NCBI GenBank assembly: GCA_963674745.2
Contig: CAXXDV010000001.1
Location: 64,001-128,000 of the forward strand
Direction: 5' to 3'
DNA: 64,000 nt
DNA from: Desulfosudaceae bacterium
GTDB lineage: Bacteria; Desulfobacterota; Desulfobacteria; Desulfobacterales; Desulfosudaceae
A program made the translations under genes and the position numbers. This document shows positions 48,748-59,456 of this stretch, piece after piece. The notes under the pieces were generated by a model. That model made no database searches. It was given only the letters and a program-made list of their open reading frames with translations, and was not told where the DNA came from. How positions within the stretch are numbered: the stretch's first letter is position 1; each line of letters opens with the position of its first letter.

Positions 48748-50316
48748 ATGTATCTTGTATCAGCCGACGAAATGCGGGAGATGGACCGGCAGACCATCGA
48801 AGATTTCGGTCTTCCCGGTCGGGTGTTAATGGAAATCGCGGGCCGGGGCGCCACCCGCTGGCTGCTGGAATGTTTTCCGGATGTGCTGGAAATGAAAACC
48901 GGCATTCTGGCGGGACGCGGCAACAACGGCGGCGACGGTTTTGTTATCGCCAGATATTTGCATCAGAAAGGCGCCCGGGTAACGATTTTTCTTTTAACCG
49001 ACGAAAAACGGGTAACGGGTGATGCTGCCGCCAACCTGGCCCTGGCCCACGCCTCAGGCATTCCGGTCATCGACCTGGCCGACGAAACCGCTTTTGCGGC
49101 CAACAGAACCGGACTGGTTCATCAGCACCTTTTTGTCGATGCCATTCTCGGTACCGGGTTAAAGTCAGATGTCAGCGGTTATTACAAAACCGTTATTGAT
49201 TTTATCAACCATTCGGACAAACCCGTCTTTTCCGTGGACATCCCCTCCGGACTTCATGCCGATACCGGTCAACCCTGCGGCGCATGCCTTCGGGCCGAGG
49301 CCACCGCGACCTTTGGTTACGCCAAAACCGGGCTGATTCTTTTTCCGGGAGCGGACCTTGCCGGTGATTTAACCGTGATTGATATCGGTATCCCTCCGTT
49401 TATCGCCGACCGGGTCGCACCCGGTAAATGGCTGTTGACCGGAGCCATGGTCTCCGGATACCTGGTCCCCCGCCGACCGGATGCCCATAAGGGGAAAACC
49501 GGTCATTTGCTGGTCGTTGCCGGCGCCCGCGGCAAAACCGGTGCCGCCGTAATGACGGCCGAATCGGCCATGAGAGCCGGTGCCGGACTGGTTACGCTGG
49601 CCCTCCCGGACGGTACACAGCCTACGGCCGCAGCCGGCTTGACGGAAGTGATGACACTGCCGGTCGGTGTTTCCGGCCAGACGATACTTGACCGAAGCTG
49701 CCTTGATCAAATTTTAACGGCTCTGGCCGGCAAAACCTGCCTGGCGCTGGGTCCCGGGATCGGCACCGACGAAGCCACCACCGAACTGGTCTATGAATTG
49801 ATTCAATCTTCACAGATCCCCCTGGTTATTGACGCTGACGGTCTGAACTGTCTGGTCGGTCACCTGGACATTCTGAAAAACAATCCCGGCCCGGTCATCC
49901 TGACGCCGCATCCGGGCGAAATGGCCAGGCTGGCCGGAATTTCAACCGCCGAAGTCCAACAGGACAGGATCGCCTGCGCCCGCAATCTGGCTGAAAGACA
50001 CGGCGTTCATGTCGTCTTAAAGGGCGCCGGAACGGTTATCGCCCACCCGGACGGAAAAATCTTCGTCAACCCTACCGGAAATCCCGGCATGGCTTCGGGC
50101 GGCATGGGTGATGTACTGACCGGTCTGATCGCCGGTTTTATCTGCCAGGGTTATGATTACGGACCGTCCGCGCATCTGGGGGTGTTCCTCCATGGCGCAG
50201 CCGCCGACCGGTTGGCTGAAAATTCCGGCATCGGTTACCTGGCATCGGAAGTCATGGCCGAAATCCCGGAGACCATGGCCGCCCTGATGACAATGGACGA
50301 TATGAATCTTGCTTAA
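48748..50316 (+). CDS. nnr: bifunctional NAD(P)HX epimerase/dehydratase
   Basis: GRGNNGGDG, DAILGTG, VDIPSG, HKG..G, IDADGL, LTPHPGE, GGMGDVLTG. Confidence 0.94.
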   Translation: MYLVSADEMREMDRQTIEDFGLPGRVLMEIAGRGATRWLLECFPDVLEMKTGILAGRGNNGGDGFVIARYLHQKGARVTIFLLTDEKRVTGDAAANLALAHASGIPVIDLADETAFAANRTGLVHQHLFVDAILGTGLKSDVSGYYKTVIDFINHSDKPVFSVDIPSGLHADTGQPCGACLRAEATATFGYAKTGLILFPGADLAGDLTVIDIGIPPFIADRVAPGKWLLTGAMVSGYLVPRRPDAHKGKTGHLLVVAGARGKTGAAVMTAESAMRAGAGLVTLALPDGTQPTAAAGLTEVMTLPVGVSGQTILDRSCLDQILTALAGKTCLALGPGIGTDEATTELVYELIQSSQIPLVIDADGLNCLVGHLDILKNNPGPVILTPHPGEMARLAGISTAEVQQDRIACARNLAERHGVHVVLKGAGTVIAHPDGKIFVNPTGNPGMASGGMGDVLTGLIAGFICQGYDYGPSAHLGVFLHGAAADRLAENSGIGYLASEVMAEIPETMAALMTMDDMNLA

Positions 50317-50366
50317 AGCCGATACGATTATTAATTATGGATCTTCTCCAATTTAGTGCCTGCGCA

Positions 50367-50452
50367 GGGCTCAAGGATTCAAGGAGCCGAGGGTTCAAGG
50401 GATTATTATTGTCGTTTACTTGACCCCTTGAGTCCTTGAATCCTTGGCCCCT
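50367..50452. repeat. octamer inverted-arm repeat, family B
   Basis: GGGCTCAA GGATTCAA GGAGCCGA GGGTTCAA ... TTGTCGTTTAC TTGACCCC TTGAGTCC TTGAATCC TTGGCCCC. Confidence 0.82.
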
Positions 50453-50513
50453 TTCAAGGCTTTTGACTAAATTAATATAAGAGGGAAACTTCTACCTGAA
50501 GTTCTATATTGTT

Positions 50514-50996
50514 ATGCATGTCTGCCTGACCACCCACACACCTGAAGAAACGCAACATTTGGGCAACATGCTTGGCAGGCATGCCGCTGAAGGTACGGTA
50601 ATCGGTTTGACAGGCGACCTGGGAAGCGGCAAAACCGCTTTCACCCAGGGCCTGGCCCGGGGAATCGGCATTATCAATGATTACGTAACCAGCCCCAGCT
50701 ACACCTTGATCAACCATTATTCAGGCCACGGGCCGGACCTTTTCCATATTGATCTATACCGGCTCACCGACAGTGCCGAAACCCGGGACCTGGGGCTGGA
50801 CGAAATCATTCACCGGAAGGGGGTAGTCGTCATCGAATGGGCTGAAAAGTTCGGCCGGCACTTCTGGCAGGAAGACCTTGAAATTCAGTTGAAAATAATC
50901 GGTGACACCGACCGGGAGATTTCCCTGACATCTTACGGGCCGAATGGTGACAACATCATGACGGCCTTACGTGCCGATTCGGATCAGCAATCATAA
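50514..50996 (+). CDS. tsaE: tRNA t6A biosynthesis ATPase TsaE
   Basis: GDLGSGKT, VTSPSY, HIDLYRL, IEW. Confidence 0.95.
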   Translation: MHVCLTTHTPEETQHLGNMLGRHAAEGTVIGLTGDLGSGKTAFTQGLARGIGIINDYVTSPSYTLINHYSGHGPDLFHIDLYRLTDSAETRDLGLDEIIHRKGVVVIEWAEKFGRHFWQEDLEIQLKIIGDTDREISLTSYGPNGDNIMTALRADSDQQS

Positions 50997-51128
50997 AAGA
51001 GTCCTTCAGCATAATAATAAATGGGCATTACTAAAAAATTCCCTTGATTTATGAAGCCATAATGCATAACAACATGTTGATATATTAATACAAGCCATTT
51101 AAAGAACAATTCGTTCTAGAGAGGGAAT

Positions 51129-52352
51129 ATGAGTTTAATCGTTCAAAAATACGGCGGCACATCGGTTGGGGATATCGACCGCATCCGAAACGTGGCCAAC
51201 CGGGTGATTAAGACGTTCAAGGCCGGCAATGACGTCGTGGTTGTACTGTCGGCCATGGCGGGCGTTACCGACAATCTGATCAATCTCGCCAACCAGGCCT
51301 CCAGTGATCCCGATCCGCGGGAGCTGGACGCGCTGATGTCCACCGGAGAGCAGACGACTGTTACCCTGATGGCCATGATGCTGTCGGACATGGGCTATAA
51401 GGCCCGCTCCCTTCTCGGCCACCAGGCCGACATTCTGACCGATTCGGCCGCCACCAAAGCACGGATCATCAGCATCGGGGCCGACAGGATCAAGCAGTTA
51501 CTGTCCGAAAAACACATCGTCCTGGTGGCCGGGTTCCAGGGCTATGACAAGGATGGCAATATCACCACTTTGGGACGGGGCGGGTCGGACACCTCCGCGG
51601 TGGCCATTGCCTCCGGCATCAACGCCGATGTCTGTGAAATCTATACGGACGTCGACGGGGTCTACACCGCCGATCCATCTGTCTGTAAAAGAGCCCGCAA
51701 GCTTTCCGCCATCTGTTACGATGAAATGCTGGAGATGGCCAGCCTGGGCGCCAAAGTCCTGCAGATCCGGTCTGTGGAATTTGCCAAAAAATACAACGTA
51801 CCCGTACACGTGAGATCATCTTTTAACGAGGAGGAAGGAACCATGGTTGTGAATGAAGAATCCGTCGGCATGGAGCGGGTGATTATCTCCGGGGTAACCT
51901 GCACCAAGGACGCCGCCCGCATCACGCTTACAAAAGTCAAAGACCAGCCGGGTATTTCTTCTAAAATATTCTCCCCCCTGGCCGAGGCCAACATCCTGGT
52001 GGATATGATTATTCAGAACACCCGGGCCAGTGGATATACCGACCTGACGTTTACGGTGCCCAGGGGCGATTTCAAACAGGCCCTGGCCCTGTCCGAAAAG
52101 ATCGCCAAAGAGATCGAAGCGGAAAAAGTGTTGAGCGCGGAAAATATTGCCAAGGTTTCCGTGATCGGCGTGGGCATGAAAAGTCATTCCGGTGTGGCTG
52201 CCACCATGTTCGCGACGCTGGCCGCGGAGAACATCAACATTCTCATGATCAGCACCTCGGAAATCCGCATTTCCTGCGTTATTGAAGAAAAATATGCCGA
52301 ACTGGCCGTGCAAGTACTGCATACCGCCTTTGGGCTGGACAGTGAAAAATGA
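51129..52352 (+). CDS. lysC: aspartate kinase
   Basis: [29 protein letters not shown], two ACT domains, STSEIRIS. Confidence 0.97.
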   Translation: MSLIVQKYGGTSVGDIDRIRNVANRVIKTFKAGNDVVVVLSAMAGVTDNLINLANQASSDPDPRELDALMSTGEQTTVTLMAMMLSDMGYKARSLLGHQADILTDSAATKARIISIGADRIKQLLSEKHIVLVAGFQGYDKDGNITTLGRGGSDTSAVAIASGINADVCEIYTDVDGVYTADPSVCKRARKLSAICYDEMLEMASLGAKVLQIRSVEFAKKYNVPVHVRSSFNEEEGTMVVNEESVGMERVIISGVTCTKDAARITLTKVKDQPGISSKIFSPLAEANILVDMIIQNTRASGYTDLTFTVPRGDFKQALALSEKIAKEIEAEKVLSAENIAKVSVIGVGMKSHSGVAATMFATLAAENINILMISTSEIRISCVIEEKYAELAVQVLHTAFGLDSEK

Positions 52353-52481
52353 AACAGTTTTCTTCCCGGCAACTGATGTTTGTCCTGGTTGCCGGGCTTC
52401 TTATCCTTTCTCTTTCCCGTTGGGTTCATTAAAAACGGCTTTATTTCACCACGCCATTTTACTGGCCATAAAGGAGTTGAA

Positions 52482-53180
52482 ATGGGAACAGATGTACACA
52501 AATTAAAATGGTCCATGGCCCTTCTGGCCCGGCTGGTGACCTGGATCGTCAGGCTCTGGTTCGGCACCGTCCGGGTTGAGGTGGTGGATAAGGACGTTTA
52601 TGAGCAATACTTTACCAACAACCGCACCACCGGAAACGTGGTCGCCGGTGCCTGGCACCGTAACGCCATTTTTTTCTTTTACCACTTTCGAAAGCTGAAA
52701 AACTCATGTGTTCTGGTCAGCCGCAGCAAGGACGGTGACTTTACCGCCAAAATCGCTGAGATATTCGGCTATGACGTTATCCGGGGATCTTCTTCCAAAG
52801 GCGGCCGGGAAGCGCTGACGGAAATGGTGGACTATATGAGACAGGAACCGGCCAAAATTTGCGGGACCCCCATGGACGGCCCCCGTGGTCCGGCACGGAT
52901 TATGAAAAAGGGCATGCTGGTACTGGCCATGCAGACCGGCTCCTGGTTCATCCCCATGGCCTGTTCCGGTTCGCGGGTGATTACCTTTCACAAGGCCTGG
53001 GACAAAACCATCATCCCCAAACCGTTCAGCAAAATGGTTCTGACCTTCGGCACGCCCATCAGAATTCCGGAAGGGATTTCCACAGAAGAACTGGAAACCA
53101 TAAGAGCAGAAAAAGAGGCCGAATTAAACCGGATCACGGACAGGGCCGATCAGATCACCGGGTACAACCCGAAAGTTTGA
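52482..53180 (+). CDS. DUF374 / lysophospholipid acyltransferase-like protein
   Basis: WH, VSRSKDG, IRGSS.KGG, DGPRGP, WDK..IPKPF; ATG 52482 after AAGGAG. Confidence 0.87.
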   Translation: MGTDVHKLKWSMALLARLVTWIVRLWFGTVRVEVVDKDVYEQYFTNNRTTGNVVAGAWHRNAIFFFYHFRKLKNSCVLVSRSKDGDFTAKIAEIFGYDVIRGSSSKGGREALTEMVDYMRQEPAKICGTPMDGPRGPARIMKKGMLVLAMQTGSWFIPMACSGSRVITFHKAWDKTIIPKPFSKMVLTFGTPIRIPEGISTEELETIRAEKEAELNRITDRADQITGYNPKV

Positions 53181-53196
53181 TTGAAAAGCAATAAAC

Positions 53197-53232
53197 ATAA
53201 GGCCCCGGTCCTTTATCAGACCGGGGCCTTAT
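53197..53232. terminator. hairpin between convergent genes, probable bidirectional terminator
   Basis: 14-bp perfect stem ATAAGGCCCCGGTC / GACCGGGGCCTTAT. Confidence 0.8.
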
Positions 53233-53239
53233 ATCATGT

Positions 53240-56200
53240 TTATTGACCACCCCGCACCATGCGCACGTAAAAGCCCACCTCATAATCCTTATCCTGCTGA
53301 TACTGGTTGCCGCGATCAAACAATACCCGCAAGGTCATGTGCGGCCTCCAGGAAGTCCCGGTCCAATAGGCATCCAGAACGGTATCCGGGAAAAAATCAG
53401 TGTCGATGCAGGGATTATAGCTTTCATAATCGATGATGGAGATCAGTTCCTTAATCGTAGGCAGCCGCCAGTCATTATACCCTGCCAGAACAGCGTTTTC
53501 ACAGTAGTTGATGGCCCCTTCCCAGAACATGGTGTCATTGACGTCCAGAACGCCGTCATTATTAAGATCGACGGTATCGCGGGACCACATCAGCCCGGTT
53601 GTCCGGTCGCTGACCGTACCGTCACCGTTGTTTACAAAGGACGGCGATGTTTTGGGGCCGCGCACTGCCCGGACATGCCGGGTATTGTACTTGGTTTGAC
53701 AACTGGCGGGATCATGGGGGCGGCCCAGGCCGGTATAAAAATAAACCGTCCAGGCGTCGGCCGTATAACTGGCTTCGGTGGTGCCCGTCCAGTAGGTAGA
53801 GCTGAACCCTTCAGTGTAGGGGAAATAGGCAGTGTCAATAGCCGGTTGGCTTCTCCCCATGTCGGCCAGCCAGCACAGCTCTTTGACCGTGGGCATGCGC
53901 CAGTCATTGTAACCGCCGAAATTATCCGCATTCAATTGGGCCAGGAATACGTCCTCAAAGTCATACCAGCTGTACAGGTCGTCCAGGTCATGGAGGCCGC
54001 CGTCATCGGTTTTCACCTCCCAGATCAGGCCGGTAACATTGTCCCGTACCATCACCCAAACCGCAGCCGAATCCGGCAGATCGTTGCCGTTTTCATCCAG
54101 TTTGGTGAACGAAGGGGGATTGATGGTATAGCAGGGATCCTGACCGAAAAACCGTTCGCCCTCGACCGGGCAGGGATCAAGCGTATTGCCGACATCATCA
54201 TAACAGATGACATGACCGGTGTCAGGCACATTGGATGTGGCAACGCCGATGCATCCGGCAAAATCTCCGCCGGCAGCCGATTGGACTTCCCAGGCGCCGG
54301 AAAGACAGCCATCCGAAGAGAACACGGCGGAAAAAGAAAATGCAACTTCGGCTATTTCAAAGGTAAAATTGCCGTCGCAGTCTATCCGGCCGGCCCCCTG
54401 AAGGTTACCGACAACTGGAACATTAATGATCATGGAGACTAAACCCGAGCTGTCAACGGTTCCTGTTCCATTGGCTTCCCCGATAACTGATATTCCGGTA
54501 CCGGTGAAGGCCATACTGCCGTCTGCCCCGAGATCAACCATCCAGTCGCCCTGGATAGGCGTAGAGCCCCAGGCAATTCCGGAAACCGTGCCTTGATACA
54601 ACCCGGCGATATTGCCGGGAGCATCGGCCATATCGCCGTCACAGTCGTTGTCGATCCCATCCCCGCAGATTTCATCAGCGCCGGGGTTGACCGCAGCATC
54701 GTGATCGTCGCAGTCGGTATTGTCTTCCACGTAACCGGCCGGACATGTGGCGGCAACGGTGGCATCAGCCGCGTCACCATAGCCGTCGCCATCGGCGTCC
54801 CGGTACCAGGTTCCGGGCTGGCATGCCAGATCACTGCCGTCGCAGTCCTGGTCGATGCCGTCTCCACAAATCTCTGCAGCGCCGGGATGGACATCGTCGT
54901 CACTGTCATCGCAATCGGTGTTGTCTGCCACATATCCCGGAGGCCGGATGGAGAACGTGATGGAAACATCCGGGTTACCGTACCCGTCGCCGTCGGCATC
55001 ACGATACCAGGTCGGTGTTGTAACCGGGCACCGCTCATCCTCACCGTCGCAATCCTGATCAATACCGTCCCCGCAGAGATCATCGGCACCGGGATTAACA
55101 CCGGCATCCGTGTCATCGCAGTCGGTGGCGTCGCTGACATAGCCTTCGGGGCAGACAATGGCCTGCACCGAATCAGCGGCATCACCGTATCCGTCATTGT
55201 CCGCGTCCCGATAATAGGTCATGAGGAGGTCCGGTTCGGAGCAGGGAGCCATGGAGTAAAATATTTCGCCAGGCCCGGGGGTACCCCCGGGATAACCGAC
55301 CCAGGCAATCCGGCCGTTGTGCACCTGAGGGCCGTCATCCATGAAGTTATTGTGGGTCAATTGCCTGACTTCACTACCGTCCCAATAATAGATTTCCATA
55401 TCTCCGTCTACGGGGTCATCCCCCCACCAGACAATCATGCCATCATCAACAACCGGTTCTCCGTCATACCAGTCATTGTCCGTAACCCAGGTCAGCACGG
55501 GTTTACCGGCCGCGTCGAACTCGCCCTCCCAGCATACAATTTCGTAATCATTACCATCCGATTGATTCCAGGCAACAATACCGTTCCAAACGGTAGGATT
55601 GATTGAAAAACCGTGTTCATCTTCTGAACTGTCCTTCAGTTTAAAAACCGTGTTACCGTCCCAGAAATATATCCTTCTTATTGTATCTCCACCGGGAACG
55701 GTCTCCAGGCTCCCCCAGGTGATGGTTCCGTTGTACTGAGAAAGGTTATATTCGTTTTGTTCTTCCGAATTAGAAACGTTAATAATCACCGGGTCACCGT
55801 TAACATCAAAACTACCGTCCCAGTACAACACTTCAAGATTGGCCAGCCAGGCGACAGTGCCATTATATACTGAAGGTCTCCATTTCGTACCGGGTTCGTC
55901 CCACAGTGTAATAATATCGGCAGGGCTGCCGTCCGGATTGGTACTGCCACCCCAGTATTTTACAGAAATGCGACTGTTTTGATATTCCAGCCAGGCTGCG
56001 GCATCGCCATAAATTGACAGGTCTAAACCGTTGCCATAACCGTAGTTGGAAAGGACCTGTGTGCGGCCGTCACGCAAATACATCACCTGTTTCGGATACG
56101 TCCCACGAAGCCAGGCAATGGTATCGTTATAAATGGAAGGCCGCCTGGCATCAGACACCATGTCATTTGTTAGCCTGCAAACCGTCAAATGACCGGGATT

Positions 56201-57766
56201 AACATAGGAGTCGGTGTCATCACAATCCGTATTGTCGGCCACGTAACCGTCGGGGCAGTCAACAGCCTCTTTGGTGACATCGGGATTTCCGTAACCGTCC
56301 CCATCTGCATCCCGGTACCAGGTAACCATCGGGCAGGCCGGATCACTGCCGTCACAATCCTGGTCGATGCCGTCACCACAAACCTCAACGGCCCCGGGAT
56401 GGATACCGGCGTCGTTATCGTTGCAATCCCGGTTTGAACAGTAACCGTCCTGATCTGCATCGATACAGACCACGGGGCATCCTTCATCCACCGCCCCGTC
56501 ACAATCATTATCAATACCGTCGTTACAGACTTCCGTAGCGCCGGGGTTGACGGCAGCATCCGCATCATCACAGTCTACATCTGAGCAATAACCATCCTGG
56601 TCCGCATCGATGCAGACGGTACATCCCTCGTCCACCGCTCCGTCACAGTCATTGTCGATGCCGTCATCACACACTTCCTGCGAACCGGGATTAACAGCGG
56701 CATCCGTATCATCACAGTCCGTATTGTTGCCCACATATCCGGTCGGGCAGGTATCCGCCTCAACGGCATCATCGGGATAACCATACCCGTCCCCATCGGC
56801 ATCCCGGTACCAGGTGGCCAGGTTGCCATTCACCGGGCAAAGCGGCCCGCCGTTGCGGCTGGAACCGGCAATCACCTCAAAGTCACCGATAACCAGCCCG
56901 GGCCCGATCGGCACCGAGCAACTGGTATGGACCCGGGCATATTCGGCATCATTTACAAAGATATCAATCCACGGGCTTAAGGTCCCTTTCATGTCCCGAC
57001 CGATAATGGTGATCTGCCCGCCGGACGCAACCTGACCGTCAAACACCACTTCTCCTTCTTTTTGTTCGATCTTTACCAGTACCGACCCGACGCCATTGTA
57101 CTGCAGGGTCAGTTCGGAGACCTTTCCTTCGCATGGTGCGCAAATATCCAGGCCAAGGGTTGTTCGTAAATGGGTCAGTGCCTGGGTACCTGTTCGCAGC
57201 CATCGCAGCTCACAATCAGGGAATACACAATTCTCGTTGAATTCATCAAAAAGGGTTTTTAAATCTTCATAACTGGCAAAATTAAAACCGGACAGGTCAA
57301 AGGTGACCTGTCGCGTTAGCAGTTCCGATCGCACCTTTTCGCTGATCTGAATGCCGTTTTCCAAATTGCCGTCTTCATCCAGTGATTGAAGCAATCGGCA
57401 CAGGTTGATCACAGCCGGGTCGGTATCGTACAGCGCACCATCAACAAGGTCTAAGGGACTCATGAGTGATTTGGCTGTTGCCTGCCCCAGAAACAAATCG
57501 CCCAGGAAAAATTTTATGGTTTCGCCAGGTTTAAACAGGAACCCACCGTTTTCATCTGTGAGCCCGGATTGAGTCGTGGTCTGAAAGAATAACCCCTGAA
57601 CCGGACTGTCAATAAAAACGCCTTCCTGAACTGCCGCAACATTATTATCCGAAGAGCCTCCCCCATTACTGCATCCTGAAAAACAGATACAAGAAAGCAT
57701 CAATAAGAGAACCATTAACCCCGGAAAACTGAACGGCTTACTTATGATTCGAGAAAATCGTTTCAT
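53240..57766 (-). CDS. large mosaic surface lipoprotein with Cys/Asp metal-binding repeats (MopE-like), a beta-propeller-like region and two DUF1566/Lcl domains
   Basis: Lipobox FSGC; seven DCDD..VNPG..C(.DGID.DCDG) repeats; WYRDADGDGYG repeats; D..TGL.W, GYNDWR.PT.KEL, YW, VR.VRG each present twice. Confidence 0.88.
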   Translation of the reverse strand: MKRFSRIISKPFSFPGLMVLLLMLSCICFSGCSNGGGSSDNNVAAVQEGVFIDSPVQGLFFQTTTQSGLTDENGGFLFKPGETIKFFLGDLFLGQATAKSLMSPLDLVDGALYDTDPAVINLCRLLQSLDEDGNLENGIQISEKVRSELLTRQVTFDLSGFNFASYEDLKTLFDEFNENCVFPDCELRWLRTGTQALTHLRTTLGLDICAPCEGKVSELTLQYNGVGSVLVKIEQKEGEVVFDGQVASGGQITIIGRDMKGTLSPWIDIFVNDAEYARVHTSCSVPIGPGLVIGDFEVIAGSSRNGGPLCPVNGNLATWYRDADGDGYGYPDDAVEADTCPTGYVGNNTDCDDTDAAVNPGSQEVCDDGIDNDCDGAVDEGCTVCIDADQDGYCSDVDCDDADAAVNPGATEVCNDGIDNDCDGAVDEGCPVVCIDADQDGYCSNRDCNDNDAGIHPGAVEVCGDGIDQDCDGSDPACPMVTWYRDADGDGYGNPDVTKEAVDCPDGYVADNTDCDDTDSYVNPGHLTVCRLTNDMVSDARRPSIYNDTIAWLRGTYPKQVMYLRDGRTQVLSNYGYGNGLDLSIYGDAAAWLEYQNSRISVKYWGGSTNPDGSPADIITLWDEPGTKWRPSVYNGTVAWLANLEVLYWDGSFDVNGDPVIINVSNSEEQNEYNLSQYNGTITWGSLETVPGGDTIRRIYFWDGNTVFKLKDSSEDEHGFSINPTVWNGIVAWNQSDGNDYEIVCWEGEFDAAGKPVLTWVTDNDWYDGEPVVDDGMIVWWGDDPVDGDMEIYYWDGSEVRQLTHNNFMDDGPQVHNGRIAWVGYPGGTPGPGEIFYSMAPCSEPDLLMTYYRDADNDGYGDAADSVQAIVCPEGYVSDATDCDDTDAGVNPGADDLCGDGIDQDCDGEDERCPVTTPTWYRDADGDGYGNPDVSITFSIRPPGYVADNTDCDDSDDDVHPGAAEICGDGIDQDCDGSDLACQPGTWYRDADGDGYGDAADATVAATCPAGYVEDNTDCDDHDAAVNPGADEICGDGIDNDCDGDMADAPGNIAGLYQGTVSGIAWGSTPIQGDWMVDLGADGSMAFTGTGISVIGEANGTGTVDSSGLVSMIINVPVVGNLQGAGRIDCDGNFTFEIAEVAFSFSAVFSSDGCLSGAWEVQSAAGGDFAGCIGVATSNVPDTGHVICYDDVGNTLDPCPVEGERFFGQDPCYTINPPSFTKLDENGNDLPDSAAVWVMVRDNVTGLIWEVKTDDGGLHDLDDLYSWYDFEDVFLAQLNADNFGGYNDWRMPTVKELCWLADMGRSQPAIDTAYFPYTEGFSSTYWTGTTEASYTADAWTVYFYTGLGRPHDPASCQTKYNTRHVRAVRGPKTSPSFVNNGDGTVSDRTTGLMWSRDTVDLNNDGVLDVNDTMFWEGAINYCENAVLAGYNDWRLPTIKELISIIDYESYNPCIDTDFFPDTVLDAYWTGTSWRPHMTLRVLFDRGNQYQQDKDYEVGFYVRMVRGGQ

Positions 57767-57914
57767 GGCTGCCTCCTTTTTTTGACTGTTGAGACAACTC
57801 TGCTGAGATTGAGGTATTGACTTTTGTTATCTAGAAAAAAGATATGAAAGAGTTGACAATAAAACTTTTCACTGCCAACATTAATCGCAATGAGAAGACA
57901 TCAATATTTTAAAC

Positions 57915-57930
57915 AGCAAAAACCATGCCC
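57915..57930 (-). promoter_or_regulatory. probable sigma54 promoter for the large lipoprotein
   Basis: Minus strand GGGCATGGTTTTTGCT = GG-N10-GC; palindrome-like GACAAAATTTGTC about 140 bp further upstream. Confidence 0.55.
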
Positions 57931-58199
57931 GCCATCTCATCCGCCCCCCCCAAATCAAAAAAAATTATAATATCAAAATAATACAACGCGACCAATCGCC
58001 CCATCCGGGGCTTTTCATGATTATAAACATTGTATTTTTGACGCGATTCAGTCAACTCGCTGACAAAATTTGTCGCTCATTAATGGGTTAAGCAGGCGGC
58101 CTGACAGCTGCGATCCGATGCATCCGTTCCGACAAATAATAATTGTTTCATAGCAAACGATAAGTTATTATAATTCAAATTTTTAGGAGATGAATACCC

Positions 58200-59456
58200 A
58201 TGCCCATGTCAGACGCGTTTAAAGAACGGCTTTTCCCGAACGTGGAAAAAATTGCCGATCACTTCGGCACGCCTTTTCATATTTATGATGAAGCCGGTAT
58301 CCGTGAAACCGGTCAGGCGGTTGTGTCCGCGTTCTCAAAGATAGAAGGGTTCCGGGAATTTTTCGCGGTCAAAGCACTGCCCAATCCGACCATAATGGAA
58401 ATCATGCGGTCCATGGGGTTCGGTTTTGATTGCAGCTCCACCCCCGAACTGGTGCTTTCCCGGAAGATCGGAGCCGGCCCGGATGACATCATATTTACTT
58501 CAAACAATACCTCAACAGAAGAGTTTGAAGCCGCCCGGGCTGACGGCGGCTGCATCCTCAATCTGGATGACATATCTCTGATCGAGAAGGTGCCTGAGTT
58601 GCCGGAATTGATCTGCTTCCGATACAATCCCGGCCAACGGCGTACGGGCAACGATATCATCGGCAACCCGGTGGAAGCCAAGTACGGTCTTACCCACGAC
58701 CAGATGATCACCGCTTATCAGAACGTGTATGACAGGGGTGTCAGACGGTTCGGCCTGCACGCCATGATCGCCTCCAATGAGCTGAACTACACCTATATGG
58801 TCACTACCGCCAGAATGCTGCTGGAACTGGCCGAAGACATTTCACGGGATTTACCCATCCGGTTTGAGTTCATCAACATCGGGGGCGGGTTCGGCATTCC
58901 CTATCGGCCCGAGGACGAACCCCTCGATATCATGACCATGGGCGCGGATATCTGTGCCGCTTTTTACCGTTTTTCCCAGGACAACGGTTACGCGCCCAAA
59001 CTGTTTATCGAAAGCGGCCGTTACATGACCGGGCCGCACGGCGCGCTGGTCACAAGAGTGATCAACCACAAGCAGATTTACCGGAAATATGTCGGTGTTG
59101 ATGCCAGCATGTCCGCCCTGATGCGTCCCGGCATTTACGGTGCTCACCATGAGATAAGCGTGCCCGGGAAAACCGGGGGCAACCTGGAGCGGGTGGATGT
59201 GGTCGGCGCCCTGTGTGAAAACATCGACAAGTTCGCCATCCAGCGCCTGTTACCGGAAACCGCGGAAGGGGACCTGATGGTGATCCATGACACCGGCGCC
59301 CACGGCATTGCTATGGGGTTTAACTATAACGGCCGGCTGAGGCCCAAAGAGCTGCTTTTGCGCCAGGACGGCCGTGTCGAATTAATCCGCCGGGCGGAAA
59401 CCATGGACGACTATTTCTCAACGCTCCATTTTGAAGAGGATGTTTTAGGGTTTTAA
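58200..59456 (+). CDS. lysA: diaminopimelate decarboxylase
   Basis: GTPFHIYDE, FAVKALPNP (PLP Lys), NIGGGFG, ESGRY, GALCEN.D, GAHG..MGFNYN. Confidence 0.93.
   Translation: MPMSDAFKERLFPNVEKIADHFGTPFHIYDEAGIRETGQAVVSAFSKIEGFREFFAVKALPNPTIMEIMRSMGFGFDCSSTPELVLSRKIGAGPDDIIFTSNNTSTEEFEAARADGGCILNLDDISLIEKVPELPELICFRYNPGQRRTGNDIIGNPVEAKYGLTHDQMITAYQNVYDRGVRRFGLHAMIASNELNYTYMVTTARMLLELAEDISRDLPIRFEFINIGGGFGIPYRPEDEPLDIMTMGADICAAFYRFSQDNGYAPKLFIESGRYMTGPHGALVTRVINHKQIYRKYVGVDASMSALMRPGIYGAHHEISVPGKTGGNLERVDVVGALCENIDKFAIQRLLPETAEGDLMVIHDTGAHGIAMGFNYNGRLRPKELLLRQDGRVELIRRAETMDDYFSTLHFEEDVLGF

Noticed and set aside
53197..53400. DUF1566 C-terminus plus downstream hairpin as a diversity-generating retroelement target
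   Set aside because: No reverse transcriptase or template repeat in the window. Several would-be variable codons end in G (CAG, GAG), unlike AAY-derived positions. The hairpin is explained as a terminator between convergent genes. A remote DGR cannot be fully excluded.
57990..58199. Lysine riboswitch upstream of lysA (also checked upstream of lysC)
   Set aside because: No recognisable L-box conserved elements or terminator
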